From NCBI GenBank assembly GCA_041937175.2, contig CP166615.1, forward strand, positions 1,472,001 through 1,536,000: a DNA stretch of 64,000 nucleotides. Direction: 5' to 3'. Under the pieces are notes generated by a model, which was not told the origin of the DNA, ran no database searches, and was given only the letters and a program-made list of their open reading frames with translations. The DNA is from Limnothrix sp. BL-A-16 (lineage in GTDB: Bacteria; Cyanobacteriota; Cyanobacteriia; CACIAM-69d). Every line of letters starts with the position of its first letter. The stretch's first letter is position 1. Shown piece by piece: positions 31,447 to 40,630 of this stretch. The translations under genes and the position numbers were made by a program.

Positions 31447-31771
31447 CCAGCGTGATCAACAAGTGCTTCTAGATATTGTTCGATCGGCAAATAAAATCAT
31501 CGAGTTTATCCAGGGACTTGATCGATCTAGCTTCCTAGCTGATGAAAAGACACAATCCGCTGTTATCTTTCAACTGCTGATTATCGGAGAAGCAACTAAG
31601 CGCCTATCTAGGGAATTTAGAGAGGAGTCTCAGCAAGTTCCTTGGGGATTAATGGCAGGAATGCGAGACAAGTTAATCCATGACTATGATGATATTGATA
31701 GCGAGGAAGTTTGGAGAACGGCGAGCCATGATATTCCAAATTTATTGCCCTTAATTGAATCACTAAATTAA
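31439..31771 (+). CDS. HEPN (DUF86/HepT-like) RNase toxin
   Basis: IIGEA, Rx4H motif MRDKLIHDY; start overlaps the MNT stop. Confidence 0.9.
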   Translation: MPSQRDQQVLLDIVRSANKIIEFIQGLDRSSFLADEKTQSAVIFQLLIIGEATKRLSREFREESQQVPWGLMAGMRDKLIHDYDDIDSEEVWRTASHDIPNLLPLIESLN

Positions 31772-31894
31772 ACTCTATGGCTTTTAAAATCCTGCAATTC
31801 AGTAATTCAGTGATTTTCTGGGCCTGGCAACGGGTCAAATGATTGGGTGCTGCATTAGGAGTTCTAGCCATTCGGACATCGCGATCGTCTCAAT

Positions 31895-32044
31895 CGATCG
31901 CCCCTTGCCCCCTTGCTGTCGCTTTAAGCACCGTGCGTTGGACTTCCTAGAATGGAAGATAAGCACCGGAACGCTTTGAGAGGCTCGCACACCGTGGTTG
32001 CAACTGTCCCCAATCCCTACGAAGACCGCACCCAGTCGATCGCC
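31895..32044 (+). repeat. 150-bp direct repeat, copy B (native putA promoter and 5' end)
   Basis: Partner of 30919-31068; contains a TAGAAT -10-like box and the first putA codons. Confidence 0.93.
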
Positions 32045-34960
32045 CGGGAATTAATCCAGGCGACCCAAACCAAAAAAGGCTTCCTGGCCCAAATGCGCGA
32101 CCAGATGAAGCTCGACGACAAGCTGATGGATTGGACCATGAGCAATCCCGGCTTGAAGGTGCAATTGTTTCGGTTCATCGACTGCCTGCCTGCATTGCAA
32201 TCGAACCCCGAAATTGCCGCCCACCTGCGGGAATATTTAACGACTGAAGAGGTGGAACTGCCCGACCTGCTCAAGAACTTGCTGAATTTTTCTGACCCGC
32301 GATCGATGCCCGGCCAGGTGGCGGCAACGACCGTGAGTACGGCAGTGAAGACGCTGGCCCAGAAGTACATTTCCGGCGAGACGATCGAGCAGGCGATTCG
32401 GACGATCGAGCGGCTGCGCAAGGACAAAATGGCCTTCACCGTCGATTTGCTCGGCGAGGCGGTGATCACGGAGGTGGAGGCGCAACAGTACCTCGATCGC
32501 TACCTGGATTTGATGGAGCAGTTGGCGACGGCGGCCCAGCGCTGGCCAACGATCGCCCAAATCGATGAGGCGGACGGTCAGCCCCTGCCCAAGGTGCAAG
32601 TGTCCGTGAAGCTGACGGCGTTCTATTCCCAGTTTGACCCGCTGGATGTGGCGGGATCCCAGGCGAAAACGGCCGATCGGGCGCGGGTGTTGCTGCGGCG
32701 GGCTAAGGAATTGGGCGCGGCGGTGCACTTCGACATGGAGCAATACAAATATAAGGATGCGACGCTGGCGGCGTTGAAAGCGGTGTTGATGGAGCCGGAG
32801 TTCCGCGATCGCACGGATATCGGTCTGACGCTGCAAGCCTATTTGCGCGATTCCTACGCCGATTTGCAAGGCGTGGTGGCCTGGGCGAAGGAGCGCGGCA
32901 CACCCGTGACCGTGCGGCTCGTGAAGGGAGCCTATTGGGATCAGGAAACAATCCAATCGGTGCAAAAGGATTGGCCCCAGCCGGTGTTTAACGACAAGGC
33001 GGCGACGGATGCGAACTACGAAGCGATGACCCAACTGCTGCTGGAGAGCCATGCTCACTTGTATGCGGCGCTGGGAACCCACAATGCCCGATCGGCCGCG
33101 AAGGCGATCGCCGTGGCAGAAAAGGTGGGCGCACCCCGGCGGGCTTTTGAGCTGCAAGTGCTCTACGGCATGGCGGACAAACTGGGCAAAACCCTGGCGG
33201 ACAAGGGCTATCGGGTGCGGGTCTATTGCCCCTACGGCGACTTGATCCCCGGCATGGCCTACCTGATTCGGCGGCTGCTGGAGAACACGGCCAACTCGTC
33301 GTTCTTGCGCCAAAGCAGCCTGGGTGAGCGGGAACTGAACGAACTGGCCGCCGCGCCGCAACCGAATGATGCGGCCTATGAAACGGCGGTTCCCTTTGAC
33401 AATGCGCCGGACACGGACTATTCGCGGCAGAATTTGCGGGATCCAGCCCTGGCGGCGATCGCCCAGGTGCGATCGCAGTTGGGACAGCTTTACCGGCCGC
33501 TGATTGCCGGTCGGCGGGTGGAAACCAGTGAAACGATCGCCTCGGAAAATCCCTCAAAACCCCAGGAGCTGATCGGCAAGGTGGGTCTCGCCAGTATTGA
33601 GCAGGCCGACGAGGCGATCGCGGCGGCCAAGGCGGCCTTCCCGGCCTGGAAAGCCACCTCAGCCAAGGAACGGGCGGCGATCCTGCGGAAGGCGGCCGAC
33701 CTGATGGAAGCGCGGCGGGCAGAGTTGTCGGCTTGGACTTGTTTGGAAGTGGGCAAAGCCTTGCGCCAAGCGGATCCCGAAGTGTCCGAGGCGATCGACT
33801 TTTGCCGCTACTACGCCGACGAAATGGAGCGGCTGGATGCGGGCGTGGCCTACGACTACCCCGGCGAAACCAACCGCTACGCCTACCAACCGAAGGGGAT
33901 CACGTTGGTGATTTCGCCCTGGAATTTCCCCCTGGCGATTCCGGTGGGCATGACCGTGGCTTCGCTGGTGACGGGCAATTGCACGATCCTGAAACCCGCC
34001 GAAACCTCCTCGGTGATTGCCGCCAAATTCATTGAAATCCTGGTAGAAGCGGGCATTCCCGAGGGCGTGCTGCAATACGTTCCGGCGCGTGGCTCGACGG
34101 CGGGGGCGCATATGGTCAAGCACCCGGATGTGCATACGATCGTCTTCACCGGCTCCCAGGAAGTGGGCTGCTGGATCTATGCCAACGCGGCGATTTTACA
34201 ACCGGGTCAGAAGCACCTGAAGCGGGTGATCGCGGAGATGGGCGGCAAAAATGCGATCGTCGTGGATGAGAGCGCCGACCTGGATCAGGCGGTGCAGGGC
34301 GTGGTGGATTCGGCCTTTGGCTACAGCGGCCAAAAGTGTTCCGCTTGCTCCCGGGCGATCGTGCTTGCGCCGATTTACGAGGCGTTTGTGGAGCGGCTGG
34401 TGGAGGCGGTGAAGTCCCTGAACATTGGCCCGGCGGACGATCCGAGCGTCAAGGTGGGGCCGGTGATTGATGGCACGTCCCAGGCTCGCATCCGCGACTA
34501 CATCGCCAAGGGCAAGGCAGAATCGACCCTGGCGATCGAGCTGCCGGCCCCCGAGGGTGGTTATTTTGTGGGGCCGACGGTGTTCCGCGATGTGCCCCCG
34601 ACGGCGGCGATCGCCCAGGAGGAGATCTTTGGGCCGGTGTTGGCGGTGATCAAAGCAGAGAATTTCGATCAGGCTTTGGCGATCGCCAACGGGACGCAAT
34701 TTGCGCTGACGGGGGGGCTTTATTCCCGCACGCCGTCGCACATCGATCGGGCGGCCTGGGAGTTCGAGGTGGGTAACTTATATATCAACCGGAACATTAC
34801 GGGGGCGATCGTGGCGCGGCAACCGTTCGGCGGGTTCAAGCTCTCGGGGGTTGGCTCGAAGGCGGGCGGCCCGGACTATCTGTTGCAATTCCTGGAGCCG
34901 CGTGTGGTGACGGAAAACGTCCAGCGCCAAGGCTTCGCGCCAGTCGAGGGGTTTGAATAG
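31994..34960 (+). CDS. putA: Bifunctional proline dehydrogenase / glutamate-semialdehyde dehydrogenase
   Basis: DLLGE, VRLVKGAYWD, YLIRRLLENTAN, SPWNFP, AEMGGKN, GQKCSACS, EEIFGP. Start GTG 31994; the ORF track gives 31952. Confidence 0.96.
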   Translation: MVATVPNPYEDRTQSIARELIQATQTKKGFLAQMRDQMKLDDKLMDWTMSNPGLKVQLFRFIDCLPALQSNPEIAAHLREYLTTEEVELPDLLKNLLNFSDPRSMPGQVAATTVSTAVKTLAQKYISGETIEQAIRTIERLRKDKMAFTVDLLGEAVITEVEAQQYLDRYLDLMEQLATAAQRWPTIAQIDEADGQPLPKVQVSVKLTAFYSQFDPLDVAGSQAKTADRARVLLRRAKELGAAVHFDMEQYKYKDATLAALKAVLMEPEFRDRTDIGLTLQAYLRDSYADLQGVVAWAKERGTPVTVRLVKGAYWDQETIQSVQKDWPQPVFNDKAATDANYEAMTQLLLESHAHLYAALGTHNARSAAKAIAVAEKVGAPRRAFELQVLYGMADKLGKTLADKGYRVRVYCPYGDLIPGMAYLIRRLLENTANSSFLRQSSLGERELNELAAAPQPNDAAYETAVPFDNAPDTDYSRQNLRDPALAAIAQVRSQLGQLYRPLIAGRRVETSETIASENPSKPQELIGKVGLASIEQADEAIAAAKAAFPAWKATSAKERAAILRKAADLMEARRAELSAWTCLEVGKALRQADPEVSEAIDFCRYYADEMERLDAGVAYDYPGETNRYAYQPKGITLVISPWNFPLAIPVGMTVASLVTGNCTILKPAETSSVIAAKFIEILVEAGIPEGVLQYVPARGSTAGAHMVKHPDVHTIVFTGSQEVGCWIYANAAILQPGQKHLKRVIAEMGGKNAIVVDESADLDQAVQGVVDSAFGYSGQKCSACSRAIVLAPIYEAFVERLVEAVKSLNIGPADDPSVKVGPVIDGTSQARIRDYIAKGKAESTLAIELPAPEGGYFVGPTVFRDVPPTAAIAQEEIFGPVLAVIKAENFDQALAIANGTQFALTGGLYSRTPSHIDRAAWEFEVGNLYINRNITGAIVARQPFGGFKLSGVGSKAGGPDYLLQFLEPRVVTENVQRQGFAPVEGFE

Positions 34961-35299
34961 GGGCGATCGGTAAGAATCAGGAGAGGGTGCGCGGCCGAGG
35001 TGCGATCGGTCGTGCGCCCTCTGATGGATTGTTGGAAAGCTATTGCTAGCCAATCTGACCCAACTCCAGGAACTCATCTTCCGTACTGGCAGTTTCCATA
35101 AGTTGTAAAATATGAAACTTCTGACCAAAACTCAACACTCCTCTTGTTACTGTAGTACACTATCTAAGCGAAGTAGGCTTGGGCAAAAGATCATAATTTT
35201 TGTCTGATGTCTAAGACAGAATGAACCAGCAGAAAATTCTCTTCATGTCTGGTAAATCTCTAAACTGAACGACAAAGATAAAAAAGAGTCAAAATACCG

Positions 35300-37801
35300 A
35301 TGATAATGAAAGAAGGATATATAGCAGACTTTGTTAGCGGACTGTCTGTCCGCGCCACACCCGAAGAAATAGAAGCTGTGCAAGTATTTTCAAAGATGCT
35401 TGTTGATGACTATGGCTATCCTAAAGAACTAATTCAAACTCGACCGCAGTGGCGAGTAAAAGCTCGTCCGTCAGATACGCGAAAAGAGTATCCAGTTGAT
35501 ATTGCAGTTTTCAATTCACAAGATCATAAAGAAGACAATATTGAAATTATTGTTGAATGTAAAAAAGCCAACCGAAAAGATGGTCGTACACAACTGGAAG
35601 ACTATCTCCGCTTTTCTACTTCTCAATTGGGTGTATGGTTTAACGGAGAGGAGAAGCTTTTCTTAAAAAAGACTGAGACAAAAGGGAAGGTGATATTTGA
35701 AGAGATTCCTAATATACCGAAGTTTGGAGAACGGCTTGAAGATATCGGTCTTTACAAGCGAAAAGACTTGAAGCCAGCACATAATCTGAAAAGTGTATTT
35801 CGGACTATCCGCAATTATCTCGCGGCTAATGCAGTTGGCATCACGCGCGATGAAGTTTTTGCGCAGCAGATAATTAATTTGATTTTTTGCAAGATCTACG
35901 ACGAACGATTCACAAAGCCAGAGGATACGGTCAAGTTTCGTGCTGGTATTGGTGAAAAGACATCCACAGTAAAGGATCGAATTCAACAGATTTTTGACCA
36001 CGTAAAGACAAAATATTCAGATGTGGTTGACAAAGCGGATGAGATTCTTCTTGATAACAATTCTCTCACTTATGTAGTTGGCGAATTACAGCTCTTCTGT
36101 TTAATTGATAGTGAACGCGATGCAATAGCAGATGCATTTGAAACTTTCATTGGTCCTTCACTGAAAGGTGGGCAGGGACAATTCTTTACTCCTCGTAACG
36201 TTGTCAAGCTGATCATTGAAATGGTCAATCCGACTACTGACGAGAAAGTGATTGACCCTGCATGTGGCAGCGGAGGTTTTCTAGTAGAAACAATACGGAA
36301 TGTATGGAAACATGTTGAGGAAAAAGGGATTTTGTTCGGTTGGCCGGAGTCAGAAATAGCTTCGGAGAAGCAAGAAGTAGCAATCAAGAACTTCCGGGGT
36401 ATCGATAAAGATAACTTTTTAAGCAAGGTTGCTAAGGCATACATGGCTATTGTTGGAGATGGCCGAGGGGGTGTTTATTGTGAAAACAGTCTCGATACTC
36501 CCAATCATTGGAAGCCCCTTGCTCGTGAAAACGTTCCCATTGGCTCATTCGATGTTGTTGTGACCAATCCTCCATTCGGGAAAAAACTCAAGATTGATGA
36601 CAAAACAATTCTTGAGTCTTATAAGTTGGGCCATAAATGGTCTTCCAACAAGGCGACCGGAGAGTTTGAACAACAGAATACACTGCACGCAGGACAAGCA
36701 CCACAAATCTTATTCATTGAGCGTTGCTTAGAGCTTCTGAAGGAGGGAGGACGACTTGGGATTATTGCCCCAGAAAGCATGTTCTGTAATCCATCGCACC
36801 GATACATTGTTCAATACATCAAATCAGTAGCTCGAATCAAAGCAATCGTTTCACTTCCTGAAGAATTATTTCAGCCCCACACACATGCAAAAACATGTGC
36901 GGTCGTCATTGAAAAGATTCCGACTGCTCACGATACTGGGCATGAAATATTTATGGCTATCGCAAAGTGGTGTGGTCATGACTCACGAGGACTACCCATA
37001 CCACATGATGACCTACCAAGAATACTAGAGAAGTATCTTGACTATACAGAGCAAGGAAGCCTGACCTATGATAATTGGGGTTTCATTATCAATGAAACCG
37101 ATATTCGGGATAATGTCTACCTCCCGAAATACTACAACCCAGAGATTCCGAAGAAATTGCAAACGCTAGAGGATACACATAATCTCTTGGTATTTGGCGA
37201 TTTGGTTGAACAAGGAGTCATAACAATTTCAACCGGCCACGAGGTTAGAAAATTATCCTATGGAACTGGAAACATTCCCTTTATACGTACATCAGATATT
37301 GCAAACTGGGAGATAAAGCTTGATCCCAAACAAGGCTTATCTGAAGACATCTATGAAGACTATAAGGATAGACAAGACGTTCAGGAAAATGACATCTTAA
37401 TGGTTCGTGACGGTACTTACCTTGTTGGAACCTGCGCACTAATCACGCAATATGACACTAAGATTGTTTATCAGAGCCATATCTACAAGATACGGTCTAA
37501 TAATCATGACATTCTTCATCCATATCTATTGCTTGCAGTCCTCACTAGCCCAATCGTGAAGGAACAGATATTCGCCAAACGGTTTACGCAAGATATCATT
37601 GATACTCTTGGTAGTCGAATTCATGAGCTTATCCTACCGATACCAAGGACGGCTCATCAGAGACAGGCAATTATAGAGAATGTGGGGACAGTGATTAGCC
37701 ATAAGAACGCTGCCCGAGAACTGGCGAGAAAAACTATTCTTGGCGTAGCGCCGGTTGGAGACAATTCGGATGTAACTGAGTTTTTAACAATGTCTAAATA
37801 G
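35300..37801 (+). CDS. Single-polypeptide restriction-modification enzyme (type IIG / type I-like fusion): nuclease, N6-adenine MTase, TRD
   Basis: PVDIAVF...IVECKK; GQFFTPR, IDPACGSGGFL, NPPF; C-terminal specificity domain IPFIRTSDI...DILMVRDG. Confidence 0.87.
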   Translation: MIMKEGYIADFVSGLSVRATPEEIEAVQVFSKMLVDDYGYPKELIQTRPQWRVKARPSDTRKEYPVDIAVFNSQDHKEDNIEIIVECKKANRKDGRTQLEDYLRFSTSQLGVWFNGEEKLFLKKTETKGKVIFEEIPNIPKFGERLEDIGLYKRKDLKPAHNLKSVFRTIRNYLAANAVGITRDEVFAQQIINLIFCKIYDERFTKPEDTVKFRAGIGEKTSTVKDRIQQIFDHVKTKYSDVVDKADEILLDNNSLTYVVGELQLFCLIDSERDAIADAFETFIGPSLKGGQGQFFTPRNVVKLIIEMVNPTTDEKVIDPACGSGGFLVETIRNVWKHVEEKGILFGWPESEIASEKQEVAIKNFRGIDKDNFLSKVAKAYMAIVGDGRGGVYCENSLDTPNHWKPLARENVPIGSFDVVVTNPPFGKKLKIDDKTILESYKLGHKWSSNKATGEFEQQNTLHAGQAPQILFIERCLELLKEGGRLGIIAPESMFCNPSHRYIVQYIKSVARIKAIVSLPEELFQPHTHAKTCAVVIEKIPTAHDTGHEIFMAIAKWCGHDSRGLPIPHDDLPRILEKYLDYTEQGSLTYDNWGFIINETDIRDNVYLPKYYNPEIPKKLQTLEDTHNLLVFGDLVEQGVITISTGHEVRKLSYGTGNIPFIRTSDIANWEIKLDPKQGLSEDIYEDYKDRQDVQENDILMVRDGTYLVGTCALITQYDTKIVYQSHIYKIRSNNHDILHPYLLLAVLTSPIVKEQIFAKRFTQDIIDTLGSRIHELILPIPRTAHQRQAIIENVGTVISHKNAARELARKTILGVAPVGDNSDVTEFLTMSK

Positions 37802-37816
37802 CCAACGATACTGAGA

Positions 37817-38068
37817 TTTGCCCTGTTTGGCTCAGTATTGCGCGACGACTTTCGCCCCGACAGCGACATTGATGTTTTAGTCAGCTTCGCCCCCACCGCC
37901 CAACGAGGACTCACGGAAACCCTGCAAATTCGTGATGAACTCGGAGCACTATTCGGCCGTTCCGTTGACTCGTTGGTAAAAGCCGCGATCGAGCGGAGCG
38001 ACAACTGGTTACGCCGCCAAAACATCCTCAACACTGCCCGAGTGATTTACCCTTCACCCCAATCTTGA
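37817..38068 (+). pseudogene. Second MNT gene with its N-terminus missing
   Basis: FALFGSVLRDDFRPDSDIDVLV...NWLRRQNIL; the upstream frame hits the R-M stop with no proper start, and no HEPN partner follows. Confidence 0.75.
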
Positions 38069-38100
38069 GGGTTGACCATGCCAGCTTCCCCGATCGCCCA
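38062..38100 (+). repeat. 39-bp direct repeat, copy A (partner 38894-38932)
   Basis: ATCTTG[A/C]GGGTTGACCATGCCA[G/A]C[T/C]TCCCCGATCGCCCA, 36 of 39 identical. Confidence 0.88.
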
Positions 38101-38175
38101 AAGCTAAAATAATTAAAGTACGACTCTCATCAGAAATAATCCTTATCCCACGCCCAATATTGGGAGTCCAACACA

Positions 38176-38859
38176 ATGCCCCAATCAACCATTCAGCTAG
38201 AGTCTGTCCACCATTCATCCAACGTCATTCTTGATCATTGGCAGCGCGGAACCTGGGAAGAATTCATCGCGATCGCGGGAGAGACTGAAACCAATAGTCG
38301 CGATGATCTACGCAGTTATTATCAAGATGGTTGGATGCGCTTTGAAATGACACCCCTCGGCCCCGAACACGCTCGAAATAATGCAATTCCGCTGGATGTT
38401 GCCAACCTATACGCAGCCTTCCAGAGGCGCAAAATTGTGCGCTACATCAATCCCTCAATGCGGAAACGTGGCGAAAAAGAGTCACAACCCGACCTAGCGT
38501 TTTATATCGATCGCGATCTCAAAGACCTGCCAACCGGGAATGCACCGATCGACCTCGATCGCTTTGATCCACCCTCTCTCGTCGTCGAAGTCGGCGCAAG
38601 CAGTTTTGCGGATGACGTGGGTATGAAACGGCTGCTATACGAGCGGCTTGGCGTGGCGGAATATTGGGTGGTTAACGTCGAAGCGCGATCGGTCATTGGA
38701 TTCGCGATCGCCGATCGGGGCAGCCGAGAAATTCAAGTCTCGCAAGTGTTGCCGGGTTTAGAATTGTCGATTATTACCGAAGCACTGCAACGGCTCGATC
38801 GCGAAGATGACGGACAAATCACCCGCTGGCTAATCGATCAGTTCCAGGAGAAATCTTGA
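38176..38859 (+). CDS. Uma2 family endonuclease (DUF820)
   Basis: EMTPLGPEH, QPDLAFY, PSLVVEV, LYERLGVAEYWVVN. Confidence 0.92.
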   Translation: MPQSTIQLESVHHSSNVILDHWQRGTWEEFIAIAGETETNSRDDLRSYYQDGWMRFEMTPLGPEHARNNAIPLDVANLYAAFQRRKIVRYINPSMRKRGEKESQPDLAFYIDRDLKDLPTGNAPIDLDRFDPPSLVVEVGASSFADDVGMKRLLYERLGVAEYWVVNVEARSVIGFAIADRGSREIQVSQVLPGLELSIITEALQRLDREDDGQITRWLIDQFQEKS

Positions 38860-38893
38860 GTCAAAATGCCAAAGTTATCGATTCCTTACGCTG

Positions 38894-38932
38894 ATCTTGC
38901 GGGTTGACCATGCCAACCTCCCCGATCGCCCA
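38894..38932 (+). repeat. 39-bp direct repeat, copy B
   Basis: Partner of 38062-38100; preceded by a stub reading MPKLSIPYADL from 38866. Confidence 0.88.
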
Positions 38933-39012
38933 GAAACTTACCGATTAAAATACTAAGTAGATTAGCCGTCAGGAAAAATGACGATTACAGCCAGCACAGC
39001 CAGAAATCGATC

Positions 39013-39432
39013 ATGCCCGCCAAAGATATTTTCCATGATTGTGTCAAAAATTCTCTAGTCAAAGCAGGCTGGACAATCACCCATGATCCCTTTCGGATTC
39101 GACTAACGCGCAAAAACCTCTTTGTTGATCTCGGTGCCGAGCGATTAATTGCAGCCGATCGGGATACAGAAAAAATTGCCGTTGAAATCAAAAGCTTCAC
39201 CCGTGCCTCCGACATCAAAGATTTAGAAGATGCCCTCGGTCAATTTATTCTCTATGAACGACTTCTCTTACGCTACGCTCCCGAAAGAACCCTTTATTTA
39301 GCCGTCACCCATTCAGTCTACAAGACTGTTTTTGAAGAAGAAGCTGGCCAAATACTGCTGGAAGATAAGTTAATTCGCTTGCTGACATTCGACCCTAAGC
39401 AGGAGGTTATTAAGCAATGGATTTCAACTTAG
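39013..39432 (+). CDS. xisH: XisH family protein
   Basis: MPAKDIFH, GWTITHDP, DLGAE, IAVEIKSF, ALGQF, R.LYLAV. Confidence 0.92.
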   Translation: MPAKDIFHDCVKNSLVKAGWTITHDPFRIRLTRKNLFVDLGAERLIAADRDTEKIAVEIKSFTRASDIKDLEDALGQFILYERLLLRYAPERTLYLAVTHSVYKTVFEEEAGQILLEDKLIRLLTFDPKQEVIKQWIST

Positions 39433-39755
39433 AAACCGGCCAATCAATCATTCGGAAAATTTTCAACAGTTATATTGAATTCTTAGGGACAAGTGATGAT
39501 GTCCAGCTAGAAGCAATCATCGACACCCAAAATCACCATTATCTGTTGGTCGAAGTTGGCTGGCACAATGGACGACGCATCTATGGCACGCTTCTACACA
39601 TTGACATCATTAATCAGAAGCTTTGGATTCAACAAGATGGGACAGAAGAAGGAATCGCCGATGAACTAGTTGCTTTAGGAATTCCCAAACATCACATTGT
39701 TCTGGGGTTTAAACCCAGCGATCGCCGTCAACTCACTGAATTTTCGGTTTCCTAA
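39417..39755 (+). CDS. xisI: XisI family protein
   Basis: HYLL..VGW...RIYG..LHIDI...KLWIQQDGTEEGIADELV.LGIPK..IVLGF. Confidence 0.92.
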   Translation: MDFNLETGQSIIRKIFNSYIEFLGTSDDVQLEAIIDTQNHHYLLVEVGWHNGRRIYGTLLHIDIINQKLWIQQDGTEEGIADELVALGIPKHHIVLGFKPSDRRQLTEFSVS

Positions 39756-39794
39756 ACCCCTAATCAGAACCATCTGCCTAGTCAAGCGGAATGC

Positions 39795-39832
39795 AAAGCC
39801 TAAAATATTAGTAAAAGCCTAAAATATTCGTA
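39795..39832 (+). repeat. 19-bp tandem duplication just upstream of the GST gene
   Basis: AAAGCCTAAAATATTAGTA / AAAGCCTAAAATATTCGTA, each containing a TAAAAT -10-like hexamer. Confidence 0.8.
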
Positions 39833-39846
39833 GAGGTGCAGGCTCT

Positions 39847-40488
39847 ATGTTGAAGTTTTATTTCAATCCAATTTCAGTCAACGCTCGCCGAGTTTGGGTT
39901 GCACTGCTCGAAAAACAAATTCCCTTTGAGCCAATTTTGGTGAACTTAGATGGAGATCAATTTCACGATGATTTCACAGCAATTAATCCACTTCAGCGAG
40001 TTCCTGTAATCGTTGATGATGGATTTCGGGTGGTCGAGTCCTTGGCAATTTTAGACTACCTAGAGGCAAAGCATCCCACGCCATCGTTAATGCCTAGTGC
40101 CCCCGAGGAGATCGCAATTGTGCGAATGGTTGAAACGATTACCGTGGTTGAAGTTCAACCAGCCACAATTCCCCTAACCCTACCAAGGGTCGGGTTAGAC
40201 GTTGAGCCTTGGAAGCTAGAAGCCGCTCAACAGCGAATCGCGATCGCATTGCAGTTCTTGGAAGAACTACTCAATGGAAAAACCTACTTTGTCAACGAAG
40301 AATTGACACTCGCAGATGTTGTAGCTGGAACCTTAATTCCTTCCCTACCTCTCGAGAACTATCCACACTTAAAAGCTTGGTCAGAACGATTAGCTCAACG
40401 AGAAAGCTGGCAACAAACTGTTGCTGATCCAGAGGTAATTAAGGCAGCCCTTCCCAATATTCAAAAAATCCTTGAGCGTCGGTTCTAG
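39847..40488 (+). CDS. Glutathione S-transferase family protein
   Basis: SVNARRV, INPLQRVPV, ESLAILDYL, LTLADV. Confidence 0.93.
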   Translation: MLKFYFNPISVNARRVWVALLEKQIPFEPILVNLDGDQFHDDFTAINPLQRVPVIVDDGFRVVESLAILDYLEAKHPTPSLMPSAPEEIAIVRMVETITVVEVQPATIPLTLPRVGLDVEPWKLEAAQQRIAIALQFLEELLNGKTYFVNEELTLADVVAGTLIPSLPLENYPHLKAWSERLAQRESWQQTVADPEVIKAALPNIQKILERRF

Positions 40489-40630
40489 CGATCGCAGCCC
40501 AACCCAGCATCCTGAGTGATGGAATCGGTTACCAGTCGCTCTTGGGATAACGGAGACATAAACCAAGGTGTTTCAAGCTAAGGCTCGACCTACAGCGATC
40601 GATACTCAGTTCAAATTTGACCCCAGAGCC

